Source of the DNA: Colwellia asteriadis
Lineage (GTDB): Bacteria; Pseudomonadota; Gammaproteobacteria; Enterobacterales; Alteromonadaceae
Assembly: GCF_039523295.1 (NCBI RefSeq)
Contig: NZ_BAAAFA010000009.1
Span: 104,217-144,216, forward strand
DNA length: 40,000 nucleotides
Direction: 5' to 3'
A model generated the notes under the pieces. It saw nothing but the letters and a program-made list of their open reading frames with translations, had not been told where the DNA came from and ran no database searches. The position numbers were made by a program, and so were the translations under genes. Position 1 is the first letter of the stretch. Every line of letters starts with the position of its first letter. Positions 17,066-26,785 of the stretch are shown here, in pieces.

Positions 17066-18164
17066 ATGTTCGAAACTAACCCAGTATTAAGTAAGTTAAA
17101 AGAAATTCGCGAGCGTGCAAACCTGCTTAGGGGGTACCTTTGACTACGATGTTAAAGCCGAGCGCTTAATTGAAGTTACCCGCGAATTAGAATTACCCGA
17201 TGTTTGGAATGAACCAGAAAGAGCGCAAGCGCTAGGAAAAGAGCGTAGCGCGCTTGAAGAAGTCGTAAAAACTATTGTTGAGCTTGAAACAGGCTGTGAA
17301 GATATTGAAGGCTTAGTGGAACTTGCTGTTGAAGAATCTGATCAAGATACTTTTGACGATGCAACAGCTGAAGCCGAAGCGCTTGATGCCGTTTTGGAAA
17401 AATTAGAGTTTCGTCGTATGTTTTCTGGCGAGCAAGACGCCAACAACTGTTATTTAGATATTCAATCAGGATCAGGCGGCACCGAAGCGCAAGACTGGGC
17501 AGAAATGCTGATGCGTATGTATTTACGCTGGGGTGAAGCACATGGTTATAAAACCGAAGCCATTGAAGTTACTGATGGCGATGTTGCTGGCATTAAAGGT
17601 TGTACGATAAAATACACCGGTGAATTTGCTTATGGCTGGTTACGTACTGAAACAGGGGTTCACCGTTTGGTTCGTAAATCACCGTTTGACTCATCTGGTC
17701 GTCGTCATACCTCATTTGCTTCAGCGTTTATTTACCCTGAAATAGATGACAATATTGATATTGACATTAACCCAGCTGATTTACGTACCGATACTTTCCG
17801 TGCTTCAGGTGCTGGTGGTCAGCATGTTAACAAAACAGACTCAGCAATTCGTATTACCCATATTCCAACGGGCGCTGTGGTTGCTTGTCAGGCTGACAGA
17901 TCACAACATAAAAACCGCGCGACTGCGATGAAGTTGCTTAAAGCCAAGCTTTATGAAATGGAAATACAAAAGCAAAACGAAGGCAAACAAGAATTAGAAG
18001 ATGGAAAATCAGATATTGGTTGGGGCAGTCAAATTCGCTCTTACGTACTTGATGATAGCCGTATTAAAGATTTAAGAACGGGTGTTGAAAACAGAAACAC
18101 TCAAGCCGTACTTGACGGTGATTTAGATAAATTTATTGAAGCGAGTTTAAAGTCTGGCTTGTAA
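17066..18164 (+). CDS. prfB: Peptide chain release factor 2, expressed by programmed +1 frameshift (17066..17140 joined to 17142..18164)
   Basis: Frame 0 reads [25 protein letters not shown] then in-frame TGA at 17141. The +1 frame continues DYDVKAERL... through the SPF and GGQ ([11 protein letters not shown]) motifs. Confidence 0.93.
17129..17144 (+). promoter_or_regulatory. prfB autoregulatory +1 frameshift site
   Basis: AGGGGGTACCTTTGAC is an internal Shine-Dalgarno-like AGGGGG, 3 nt, then slippery CTT followed by TGA C. E. coli has AGGGGGUAUCUUUGAC. Confidence 0.9.
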
Positions 18165-18221
18165 AATTACTGAATTACCTTTGAACCTATTGAACAAATT
18201 ACAGATAACTTTGGAAATAAA

Positions 18222-19814
18222 ATGACAGATAAAGCCAATAAAACCAGCCAAGAAAATAATGCATCCGCAGCGCAAGATGAAAACAAGCTAATTGCTGAGC
18301 GCCGCGTAAAACTTGAGAAAATTCGCTCAAATTCTACGGCGAATGGTTTTCCTAATGATTTCAATCGCGAACATTTAGCGGCAGACATTCAAGCGGAACA
18401 TGGTGAAAAAACCAAAGAAGAGCTTGAAACACTGCAACTCACTTATGCTATTGCTGGTCGTATTATGGCTAAACGTGGACCATTTTTAGTAATTCAAGAC
18501 TCATCGGGTCGTATTCAAGGTTACGCTGAAAAAACTGTACAAAAAGAAATTCGTGAAAAGTGGGGCTCGTTAGATATTGGCGATATCGTAGGTATTAAAG
18601 GTATTTTACATAAGTCAGGTAAAGGCGACCTTTACGTTAATATGGACGAATACTCATTACTAACTAAATCACTGCGTCCGTTACCAGAAAAATTCCACGG
18701 CTTGTCTGATCAAGAAATGAAGTATCGTCAGCGTTACGTTGATTTAATTATCAATGAAGACACACGTAACACCTTTAAAATCCGTTCAAAAATTGTTGCG
18801 GGTATTCGTAACTTTTTAACACAACGTGATTTTATGGAAGTTGAAACGCCAATGTTGCAAATCATACCTGGTGGCGCAACAGCCAAACCATTTATGACGC
18901 ACCACAACACGTTTGATCTTGATATGTATTTACGTATCGCGCCTGAATTAAACTTGAAGCGTTTAGTGGTAGGTGGCTTTGACCGTGTATTTGAAATCAA
19001 CAGAAGCTTTCGTAATGAAGGTATTTCAACACGTCACAATCCAGAATTTACGATGATCGAATTCTATCAAGCCTATGCTGATTACCATGACTTGATGAAC
19101 ACTACTGAAGACATGCTTCGTACTATTGCGCAAGATGTTTTAGGTACAACGACTATTCGTAATACCGTTAAAAATAGTGATGGCGAAGTAGTAGAAGAGA
19201 AATTCTATGACCTAGGTAAGCCGTTTGCACGTCTTTCAATGGTTGATGCTATTTTACAATACGGTAAAGATCACCGCGGTGCAGAGCAACTTGATGAAGC
19301 AGCATTACGTGATCCAGAAAACAACTTTGATGCGATTAAAGCGATGGCAAAAGCAGTTGGCGTAAAAGAAAGTGATGCGTCTAAAGTGTGGGGACCTGGT
19401 AAATACATCTGTGAAATTTTTGAAGAAGTAGCAGAGCATTTATTAGACCAGCCAACGTTCATTACAGAATACCCGTGGGAAGTTTCACCGCTTGCGCGTC
19501 GTAACGATGAAAACCCATTCATCACAGATCGTTTTGAATTCTTTGTTGGTGGTCGTGAGTTGGCTAACGGTTTCTCAGAGCTTAATGATGCAGAAGACCA
19601 AGCTGAACGTTTCCAAAAGCAAGTAACAGAAAAAGATGCGGGTGACGATGAGGCAATGCATTATGATGCTGATTATATCAATGCGCTTGAATACGGTTTA
19701 CCGCCAACTGCCGGTGAAGGTATTGGTATCGATCGTTTAGTAATGTTATTTACTGATTCACCAAGCATTAAAGACGTTATTTTGTTCCCACATATGCGCC
19801 CTGAAGCTGAGTAA
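18222..19814 (+). CDS. lysS: Lysine--tRNA ligase (class II)
   Basis: Class II motifs [20 protein letters not shown] and [12 protein letters not shown]. Immediately downstream of prfB as in E. coli. Confidence 0.93.
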   Translation: MTDKANKTSQENNASAAQDENKLIAERRVKLEKIRSNSTANGFPNDFNREHLAADIQAEHGEKTKEELETLQLTYAIAGRIMAKRGPFLVIQDSSGRIQGYAEKTVQKEIREKWGSLDIGDIVGIKGILHKSGKGDLYVNMDEYSLLTKSLRPLPEKFHGLSDQEMKYRQRYVDLIINEDTRNTFKIRSKIVAGIRNFLTQRDFMEVETPMLQIIPGGATAKPFMTHHNTFDLDMYLRIAPELNLKRLVVGGFDRVFEINRSFRNEGISTRHNPEFTMIEFYQAYADYHDLMNTTEDMLRTIAQDVLGTTTIRNTVKNSDGEVVEEKFYDLGKPFARLSMVDAILQYGKDHRGAEQLDEAALRDPENNFDAIKAMAKAVGVKESDASKVWGPGKYICEIFEEVAEHLLDQPTFITEYPWEVSPLARRNDENPFITDRFEFFVGGRELANGFSELNDAEDQAERFQKQVTEKDAGDDEAMHYDADYINALEYGLPPTAGEGIGIDRLVMLFTDSPSIKDVILFPHMRPEAE

Positions 19815-19872
19815 ATCGTTTAGAAAGGGATTTTAGTTACCCTGAACTTTCTTTCTCAAGCGACACGTAATA

Positions 19873-19900
19873 AAAAGCCAAACATATGTTTGGCTTTTTA
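19873..19900 (+). terminator. lysS rho-independent terminator
   Basis: AAAAGCCAAACA (19873-19884) pairs with TGTTTGGCTTTT (19887-19898), followed by a T-run. Confidence 0.75.
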
Positions 19901-20246
19901 ATTTTAGAAAGTGCCTAAAGGTTTTAATTATTTTAGGTGCTTATCAAAAAATGCCAACATCTCCGTTAATGTTTGAATACGATGCTTTTGTACACTAAAA
20001 ATTGAATTTATATCTGAACTTGTAAGTTCAAAAGTAGGACTTTACTTAAACTAACCATTTAGTACGCTAAGATGATGTTAACTACTGGTTATTTTTTAGG
20101 TCAGTAATTAGCCAATTGCTGACATTAAGCCTTTGCAAATTCAGGAGCATATTTACTTAAATATTAATCAAGACTTTCTGCTCGTCTGTTAGACGGGTGT
20201 AAGCTCATTGCTGCCATTGATTGATCATATCCAATACTAGCTAGCA

Positions 20247-20281
20247 CAACAAAAGCCTTAGCCATTAACTAATAAGGCTGT
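20247..20281 (-). terminator. Terminator candidate for the RexAB-like operon
   Basis: On the minus strand AGCCTTA (20273-20279) pairs with TAAGGCT (20254-20260), followed by TTTGTTG. Lies 35 bp past the 159-aa ORF stop. Confidence 0.45.
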
Positions 20282-20313
20282 TGCAGCTTATTGATAACGC
20301 AAGTGTGGCCTAA

Positions 20314-20793
20314 TTAACTTTGTGTTGAATTCTTGGTCTGATTAATAGCTGATGTAGTTATTAATGCTATGTGTATAAAATTCACTACTATCAATGTAAG
20401 TATTATTTTTAGCCAAATAATTGTTTGGCCTGAAAGCAACATTAATATACATAAGCTAAAAGTGAATAATAAAAATGTGATTGCGGCAGCATATAAGTGA
20501 TAGAAAAGCTTAAGGTAACCAGCATTGCGCCATAATGTAAAGCTAGGGTTGTTTGATACTGAAAGAATATAAGCCCCTATTGCAGCTATGAAACCTGTCA
20601 TAGTCATACTGAATGACGTTAATATGCTAATCAATAAATCAGTATTTTTAGGAACTATGTGAGGAAAGAGTGATACACCAATACATTTAGTTATGATCCA
20701 ATAAATAAAAAGTAAAGCAGGGCTAAGTAATGCAGATATTAACCATATTCCTCTTGCAAATGATTTGATTTCATCATTGGAAAGCTGACGCAT
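20314..20793 (-). CDS. Four-TM small membrane protein, RexB-like (candidate membrane effector)
   Basis: 159 aa with four long hydrophobic segments. The segment ..NFIHIAL.. near the C-terminus and a central ..GY.. loop resemble lambda RexB (144 aa, 4 TM, ..SFIHICIL..) as recalled. ATG lies 2 nt after the upstream stop, with GAAGG upstream. Confidence 0.55.
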   Translation of the reverse strand: MRQLSNDEIKSFARGIWLISALLSPALLFIYWIITKCIGVSLFPHIVPKNTDLLISILTSFSMTMTGFIAAIGAYILSVSNNPSFTLWRNAGYLKLFYHLYAAAITFLLFTFSLCILMLLSGQTIIWLKIILTLIVVNFIHIALITTSAINQTKNSTQS

Positions 20794-20795
20794 GT

Positions 20796-21773
20796 TTAAC
20801 CTTCACTCTCATCAATTAAGTAAGTGTCTTTATTTGAAAGTTTAGACCAATTTGAGCAAGAATGGTCAGTCGTTATCCTGTCACTAACACCTTCAATATA
20901 TGCGTTATAGGCATCTACAATAGACTGATTGGCGTATCTTTTATCTTGAATTTGCATCTCTATAGAAGCTTTCAAATAAGGGTTGATGATGTCAAAAAGT
21001 ATCATCGAATGATCTAAGAAATAATCTTTAATGTTTTCCTGAAGGCTATTTTGTTTTGCCCTAAGGTGTACTTCTGCAAACTCTTTGCCATTAGTATCTG
21101 ATTGTATTAAATCAAGTAGTGGCTTAATGTCTTTTTCAATTCCATTTTTAATGCCAGTACGCTTTACACTGATACTAATTTCTACATTGTTATCAGGTGT
21201 GTTACTTGCTAATAAACCAGACAAAATTCCATTCATACTGGTTTTTCCATTTAGGATTACGTTAGCTTGCGATATTAGCTTCAACTTCCCTACAGATGAC
21301 TTACTAACTTCACTTTGAAGTGGTATTACTTTTAGTTGGTATTTTTTTATATCAGGGCCATATATTCCATTCAATATTTCATTTAAGTAGTATTCAAGAT
21401 CATCTACTGAAGCCCCGCCTAAAGATGAAGTAACACCAATTATAGGTTTACTCTTATCAAAATGGATGTATGTAACTTTTTCTAAACTATCACCGTCTTC
21501 TAAAACTTCATTTAAGTCCTTTATGACACCAGACCCTTTATTAAGAGTTCTATAATTGGCTAAGGACGCAGGTACCATCAAATAGTAAACATCGGGATAA
21601 ATTTCTGCTTTAGCAAAATATAGATTTTTAGATGACTTATCATGATACTTTTCAAGAATTGATTTTTTACTTTGGTGCTTACAATAGACTTCAACAATGT
21701 CAGATATACAAATATTGCAAATTTTGCCAGTGTCTTTAAAGGTTATAGTGTATGCGTAATAATTTAGTTTCAT
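20796..21773 (-). CDS. Soluble 325-aa protein, RexA-like (candidate phage-sensing partner)
   Basis: No TM segment or signal peptide. Several segments are collinear with lambda RexA as recalled: the N-terminus (MKLNYYAY vs MKNGFYAT), IKDLNEVLEDGDSLE vs VEDIKNSLADDESLG, IGV..GGASVDDLEYYL vs IGF..GPTTSDLTDFL, and VHLRAKQ vs ISLRAKD. The DNA is very AT-rich. Confidence 0.55.
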   Translation of the reverse strand: MKLNYYAYTITFKDTGKICNICISDIVEVYCKHQSKKSILEKYHDKSSKNLYFAKAEIYPDVYYLMVPASLANYRTLNKGSGVIKDLNEVLEDGDSLEKVTYIHFDKSKPIIGVTSSLGGASVDDLEYYLNEILNGIYGPDIKKYQLKVIPLQSEVSKSSVGKLKLISQANVILNGKTSMNGILSGLLASNTPDNNVEISISVKRTGIKNGIEKDIKPLLDLIQSDTNGKEFAEVHLRAKQNSLQENIKDYFLDHSMILFDIINPYLKASIEMQIQDKRYANQSIVDAYNAYIEGVSDRITTDHSCSNWSKLSNKDTYLIDESEG

Positions 21774-21812
21774 GGCCTTTTATTAATCCGTGGCAGGGAA
21801 TCCTATAAATCA

Positions 21813-21842
21813 ACTATACCTTTAAAAATGATGTTCAGTCAA
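21813..21842 (-). promoter_or_regulatory. Sigma70-type promoter candidate for the RexAB-like operon
   Basis: Minus strand reads TTGACT (21842-21837), 18-nt spacer, TATAGT (21818-21813). About 40 bp upstream of the start at 21773. Confidence 0.4.
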
Positions 21843-22060
21843 AAATATAATTGTCATAATTTTTGGTAACATAGGTGTAAATATTCATTAAAATGATTTA
21901 AAGATAACGCCTACTAGTTAAAAAGGAGCATTATCCATTAATTAGTAATTACTAATGACTGCAATGGTGGCAATTTTGCCAGTCAGGTTATTCAACTCAT
22001 TGGTAAAATTTATAGTCAAACAATACATTTTATATCTGTGGGGAACGTCCGGTTTCGTAT

Positions 22061-22279
22061 CTAAGTGAATATAAAATAGGATGATTTCAATCGATTGTAT
22101 GACCCTTCTTTTACTTCTGAGGGAAGACTATTGGCTAGCTTTTGTTTTGCTTTAATCTCCATCTCTTTAACAGAGCAAGCATCACATAATATATTGACAT
22201 CTTTTGCTAATAATTGATTAGACGTTGCTAATAGAAGCGTAGTTAAACCTATACCAGTTAGAACATTTATTTTTTTCAA
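22061..22279 (-). CDS. Small secreted hypothetical protein (72 aa)
   Basis: TTG start preceded by AGGAA at 5-6 nt. Signal-peptide-like N-terminus (..LLLATSNQLLA|KD). No recognisable family. Confidence 0.35.
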   Translation of the reverse strand: MKKINVLTGIGLTTLLLATSNQLLAKDVNILCDACSVKEMEIKAKQKLANSLPSEVKEGSYNRLKSSYFIFT

Positions 22280-22367
22280 TATGTTTCCTTGAGCTTAATT
22301 GAATCACCAAATGATAGCCTGAGTAGTTACAATAGGAGCAGTAAAAATAATGCTAGCAGTAGGCGTT

Positions 22368-22422
22368 CAGAAAAGAGAAAGCCTCGTGTAAAGCGCCATA
22401 AAAAAAACGATACACGAGGCTT
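22368..22422 (-). terminator. Terminator hairpin downstream of the TonB-dependent receptor
   Basis: AAGCCTCGTGTA (22379-22390) pairs with TACACGAGGCTT (22411-22422). On the minus strand it is followed by TTTCTCTTTTCT. Confidence 0.5.
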
Positions 22423-22480
22423 TATTATAACTTGAGCTAGGTTAATACTAATGCAGCTCGCATAGTATTTTGCTCGCTAA

Positions 22481-24526
22481 TTAATATTGATAATTCAACG
22501 TTAGCTTAAAGTTTCGACCAACTTCATTATCGTTGTACTTTTCATTACCCCAGTACATACCAAAACTATTATGATCTTGATAAGCTTTATCAAAGATATT
22601 ATCGACACCAAATTGCACCGATAATCCCGCGACTTCTACTGGGCTATAATTTAACCAAGCATTACTTACACCGTAGCCAGCTTTTAATACATCGTCATGC
22701 ACTAGGTCACCTTGGCGATTGAAATAAGTATCGGTTAACTCTGCATTATCAGCTAAAAATGTATCCCAACCGATAACTAAACTATCACCTAGGGCATAAT
22801 CAAAACTTAAATTTACACGTTGTGTGCCAGCAGTTAAAGCGTCGGTTACATAGCTTTGGTAATCTTTATCTCCTGTGTTGTAGCTATACTTTATAGATGC
22901 ATTTAAGCCCTGATATGAGAGGCTAACGCCAGCTTCCATACCTTGCATTTCTAAATCGTGGGTTTTATTTAAGCTAGTATTTTTAGTTGGATGATAAAAG
23001 TGATCAATATTATATTGATAGACATTGGCAAAAATATTAAAGGAATCAATATTTGTTAATGATTGTAGATCATAAAGTACATTGAATTCGTAATGGTTAC
23101 CTGTTTCTGGTTCAACATCAGGCGACTCTTCCATACCTTCTTGAATCATTAGGGTTTCAGGTAAACCCGGACCTTTAAAAATACGACCGTATGACAAGCC
23201 TAATTTTAAATCATCATTAGCCTGCCAATTAGCGATAAACTTAGGCGACGCTTCGCTAAAGCTAGTATCGTAGGTTCCACCTAAACTGTAGTCATCGTAA
23301 CGCAGCCCTGGGATAAGTTGTACACTACCGAAGTTAAGTTCAGCTTGTACATAACCACTAATTAAGGTTGCGGTCGGGCCGTCTTCAAAAGAAATATGCT
23401 CGCTAAATTGGCTACCATCGCTTAGCGTATAATGAGCTAACCCTTTTGCTGAAATACTCTGTTCAGATTTAAAACTCTCAATACCATAGGTCCATGCGAT
23501 ATCTGAAATGATTGAAGTATTACGAATATTTAAACCTGATGTTTTATAATGGTACATGCGCTTAGGAGTCGTAGATGTTCCGTCTTTGTGCCATTTACCT
23601 TGCGAGTCTCGGTACCAATTATCACCTGTTGCTCCTTCACGCTCCATTTGCTTATCGTTGTAATAAACATTAATGTTTAAATCGAGTAGTGGATTTTCAC
23701 TTACGTTATAATAATTTAGTGTATAAGTATCGCGGATATAACCGTTATAGCCTAAGTGCTCTTCTAATGTTTTTGCACCGGGCTTTTCACCTGAAAAGTT
23801 ACGATTACCACCGTCATCATAGCGCTGAGCACTAAAATCAAACTGTTGTGTTTCATCAAAGTCGTAAACGACTTTAATCAAACCACTTGTCAATTCACTA
23901 TGCTTACTAACAATAGGGTCATTATCTGGTGTTTCTATATCACCAGACTCATTCATATTAGCCATGGCTAACAGACTTAATTTCTCGGTTGCTCTGCCGT
24001 ATAACGCAAGGTTAAGCTGTCTAAATTCAGTTGCTGTATCTGCGCTAGCTCCAGCGGTAAAACCAAACTTTTGCTCAGGTAATAATAAATCAGCAGGGTC
24101 TTTAGTTTCATACTTAATTGCACCTACATTGGCGCCATAACCGCTTAGCACTGATGATGCGCCAAGCAGAACCTCTACGCGTTTAAGCATATTAGTATCA
24201 ACCATTTGGTTACCTGAGTGGTGAAACAGCTGGCCATCTTGGCGAGCGCCATCAATAGTCACATTGGCAGAATGTTCTTCAACGCCACGCACATAAACTT
24301 TTTGACTATATCTAACGCCATTGGCAACACTTACACCAGCAACTTTTTTTAAGGCACTTTTTATATCGTTAGCTTGAATGTTTTCGAGATCTTTCGCGCT
24401 AACTTCGGTGTTAGTACTTATTGCATCATCTGTAACTTTAGTTTCAGCTAAACGTTGTGCTTCAGCCGCTAAGGTTTGAGCGCTTAGAAATGAAGCGATA
24501 ACAAAAGATAAATATTTTTTTTTCAT
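22481..24526 (-). CDS. TonB-dependent receptor (681 aa), probably iron-complex (siderophore/haem-type)
   Basis: Signal peptide, plug-domain motifs (VEVLLGASSVLSGYGA.GAIKYETK) and terminal ..LTLNYQY. A Fur-box-like operator lies in its promoter. Confidence 0.88.
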   Translation of the reverse strand: MKKKYLSFVIASFLSAQTLAAEAQRLAETKVTDDAISTNTEVSAKDLENIQANDIKSALKKVAGVSVANGVRYSQKVYVRGVEEHSANVTIDGARQDGQLFHHSGNQMVDTNMLKRVEVLLGASSVLSGYGANVGAIKYETKDPADLLLPEQKFGFTAGASADTATEFRQLNLALYGRATEKLSLLAMANMNESGDIETPDNDPIVSKHSELTSGLIKVVYDFDETQQFDFSAQRYDDGGNRNFSGEKPGAKTLEEHLGYNGYIRDTYTLNYYNVSENPLLDLNINVYYNDKQMEREGATGDNWYRDSQGKWHKDGTSTTPKRMYHYKTSGLNIRNTSIISDIAWTYGIESFKSEQSISAKGLAHYTLSDGSQFSEHISFEDGPTATLISGYVQAELNFGSVQLIPGLRYDDYSLGGTYDTSFSEASPKFIANWQANDDLKLGLSYGRIFKGPGLPETLMIQEGMEESPDVEPETGNHYEFNVLYDLQSLTNIDSFNIFANVYQYNIDHFYHPTKNTSLNKTHDLEMQGMEAGVSLSYQGLNASIKYSYNTGDKDYQSYVTDALTAGTQRVNLSFDYALGDSLVIGWDTFLADNAELTDTYFNRQGDLVHDDVLKAGYGVSNAWLNYSPVEVAGLSVQFGVDNIFDKAYQDHNSFGMYWGNEKYNDNEVGRNFKLTLNYQY

Positions 24527-24582
24527 GTTGTTCCTACAAAAATATATCCCATAACAGGAGTAGGTAAAAAAGAAACTAGATC

Positions 24583-24604
24583 CTAAATGATAATGATTAT
24601 CATG
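24583..24604. promoter_or_regulatory. Fur box candidate
   Basis: CTAAATGATAATGATTATC (24583-24601) matches GATAATGATAATCATTATC at 15/19. It contains the near-palindrome ATGATAAT/GATTATCAT and sits in the spacer of a TTTACA-N17-TAGGAT promoter on the minus strand, 57-75 bp upstream of the receptor ATG. Confidence 0.65.
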
Positions 24605-24948
24605 TAAAGTCGTATTTAGGGCTTTAACTCTAAATAAAGTTCATTGATAAAAAATATAAATAACAACTTGTTAAGGGAGAAAGCGCTAATGGAACAGGTT
24701 TAATATGTTAATAACTTGTAAGTGATACTTTGCTTAAAGCGCTGTACACAGAGTGATACACAGTGCTTTTTACTTTTTTTAACAGTTAAAGCTATTTTTC
24801 TTGAGCGTAATTGCGTAAATTAGTGCGCTAATAAAAGTATGGTCACTTAAAACAGTAACCATGATAAAAATAGCCTTGTACTTGAGACCTTATTATAAAA
24901 ATAACTCAATAAGTTATAGGCAATAAAACGCAAAAAATGGGGAAGTAA

Positions 24949-26301
24949 ATGGGTGTTTCAAGAGGCGGCTTTAGCTCGCGATTAGGCTTTATTATGGCCG
25001 CTGCAGGCTCTGCGGTAGGGTTAGGTAATATTTGGGGCTTTCCAACTCAAACTGCTAGTAATGGTGGTGCCGCATTTGTATTGGTTTATTTAGTGTTAGC
25101 ATTTTGTTTAGCTTACCCAGCATTTATGGCGGAGTTACTTATTGGTCGTTACGGTCAAGCTAACGCGGTGACCTCAATGCAAAAAATAGCGCGCAATACT
25201 AGAGAAAAACGTTTTGGTTTTGTCGTCGGTTTTGGCGGTATTATTTGTGCGGCACTTATTTTAAGTTTTTATGGCATTATTGCTGGTTGGATGATTTCCT
25301 ATGCGGTAGAGCCTCTGGCTTTGTTAGCTGGTTTTAACGAATCGGCGAATTGGCTCACCAATCATTCATTGACACGTAATATTCTTTTCACAACATGCTT
25401 TATGGCGTTAACCATTTTTATTATTCGTCGTGGTGTTGAACAGGGGATCGAAAAGTGGTCGAAACGTTTAATGCCAATGCTCATTGGTTTGTTGATTTTA
25501 TTAATTATTTACGTTTTCACTTTAGATGGTTCTAGAGCAGGCTTTGAAGCCTATTTAAACCCCGATATTTCTCGAGTATTAGAGCCTGATTTATTAATTA
25601 GTGCCTTAGGGCAGGCATTTTTCTCACTCTCACTGGGTACCAGTGTGATGATTATTTACGGCTCTTATATCGCGAAAAAAGAGAATTTAGTCACGTTAGG
25701 GGCACAAGTAACACTTATTGATGTGTCTATAGCCTTTTTAGCAGGCTTACTGATTATTCCTGCAATGTATGTTGCTCAAGCTCAAGGCGTTGCTATATTC
25801 GCTGAAGATGGTAGCTTAATATCAGGCTCTAACTTAGTGTTTACGGTACTACCCGCGTTATTTTCAGGTATGGGCTATGTGGGATTGTTTGTCGCTTTTG
25901 GCTTCTTTGTTTTAATGTCGATAGCTGCATTAACCTCTAGTATTTCAATGCTTGAAGGGCCTGTATCATTTGCTGTTGAGCGCCATGATATACCGCGTGA
26001 AAAAGCGACTACTATGATTGGGCTAGGTATTTTACTTTTAAGTACGATCATTGTTGTTAACTTAGATTGGATGTTAGATTTTGTTGCGATTTTATCAACA
26101 CAATACGGCCAGCCAATTATTGCTATGTTATGTTGTATTTTTGCTGGCTGGGTTTGGCAGCGCAGCGGTATTCTCGCTGAAATAAAGCAAGGTAATGCGG
26201 AAGTAGAGCACAGTGTTTTTTGGAAAATTTGGCCTTGGTACACTAAGTTTGTTTGCCCTACGGCAATTGCATTAGTCTTTTGGCACTCGTTAGCAAGTTA
26301 A
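24949..26301 (+). CDS. Sodium-dependent transporter, NSS/SNF family
   Basis: N-terminal SRLGFIMAAAGSAVGLGNIWGFP signature, about 12 TM segments, good GGGGAAG RBS. Confidence 0.9.
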   Translation: MGVSRGGFSSRLGFIMAAAGSAVGLGNIWGFPTQTASNGGAAFVLVYLVLAFCLAYPAFMAELLIGRYGQANAVTSMQKIARNTREKRFGFVVGFGGIICAALILSFYGIIAGWMISYAVEPLALLAGFNESANWLTNHSLTRNILFTTCFMALTIFIIRRGVEQGIEKWSKRLMPMLIGLLILLIIYVFTLDGSRAGFEAYLNPDISRVLEPDLLISALGQAFFSLSLGTSVMIIYGSYIAKKENLVTLGAQVTLIDVSIAFLAGLLIIPAMYVAQAQGVAIFAEDGSLISGSNLVFTVLPALFSGMGYVGLFVAFGFFVLMSIAALTSSISMLEGPVSFAVERHDIPREKATTMIGLGILLLSTIIVVNLDWMLDFVAILSTQYGQPIIAMLCCIFAGWVWQRSGILAEIKQGNAEVEHSVFWKIWPWYTKFVCPTAIALVFWHSLAS

Positions 26302-26329
26302 ATGTAGTCTAATTAAGCCTTAATTTTAA

Positions 26330-26360
26330 AAAAGCAAGTGACTAAGCACTTGCTTTTTGC
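26330..26360 (+). terminator. Rho-independent terminator after the NSS transporter
   Basis: AAGCAAGTG (26332-26340) pairs with CACTTGCTT (26348-26356), then TTTGC. Confidence 0.65.
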
Positions 26361-26391
26361 TTATTAGGGAATGGAAAAACGATTATTGTAT

Positions 26392-26760
26392 TTAGTCACT
26401 CGCTACATTGCTATTTATATTACTAGCTACACTGTTATTGACATCGACATCGACATCGACATCCGTATTTACATCCATAAAGTGCCCATAAAATACTTTC
26501 GCAGTTACCAAGGCCTCGATTGGTTTTGCACTGGGGTAATTTGACCATTTCGCTTTAGATTTGGCGACAGCTGCTTCATCTTTCCATACTAAATACCAAC
26601 ATAACTGTGTTGGGTTATCAGTTTTTCGTAATATTTGATGTGAAATTAATAACTCTTGCTCAGCATTCATCTCTTTAAATAACGATAAACTTAATGAAAT
26701 TATTTTTGCTTGATTGGCTGGCGGCACATCAAATACTGCTAATTCATTACAGTAGGGCAT
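26392..26760 (-). CDS. Hypothetical 122-aa protein, possibly dimeric alpha/beta-barrel (ABM-like) fold, with a repetitive acidic tail
   Basis: Core ..LCWYLVWKDEAAV.. is reminiscent of ABM-type domains (weak). The C-terminal DVDVDVDV is encoded by a hexanucleotide repeat. Confidence 0.4.
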   Translation of the reverse strand: MPYCNELAVFDVPPANQAKIISLSLSLFKEMNAEQELLISHQILRKTDNPTQLCWYLVWKDEAAVAKSKAKWSNYPSAKPIEALVTAKVFYGHFMDVNTDVDVDVDVNNSVASNINSNVASD

Positions 26761-26785
26761 AGTTTTTCTCGTTTTTTGATTAGTT

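Noticed and set aside
21942-21955. Perfect 14-bp palindrome TTAGTAATTACTAA upstream of the RexA-like gene, as an operator.
   Set aside because: It lies about 100 bp upstream of the predicted promoter, and AT-only palindromes of this size are common in such AT-rich DNA. Noted but not called.
20007-22038. 10-bp direct repeat TTTATATCTG at 20007-20016 and 22029-22038 bracketing the RexAB-like operon, as possible att or junction repeats.
   Set aside because: A single 10-mer match between two ~400-bp AT-rich regions is not clearly beyond chance. There is no integrase or tRNA nearby. It is kept only as something to test against empty sites in relatives.
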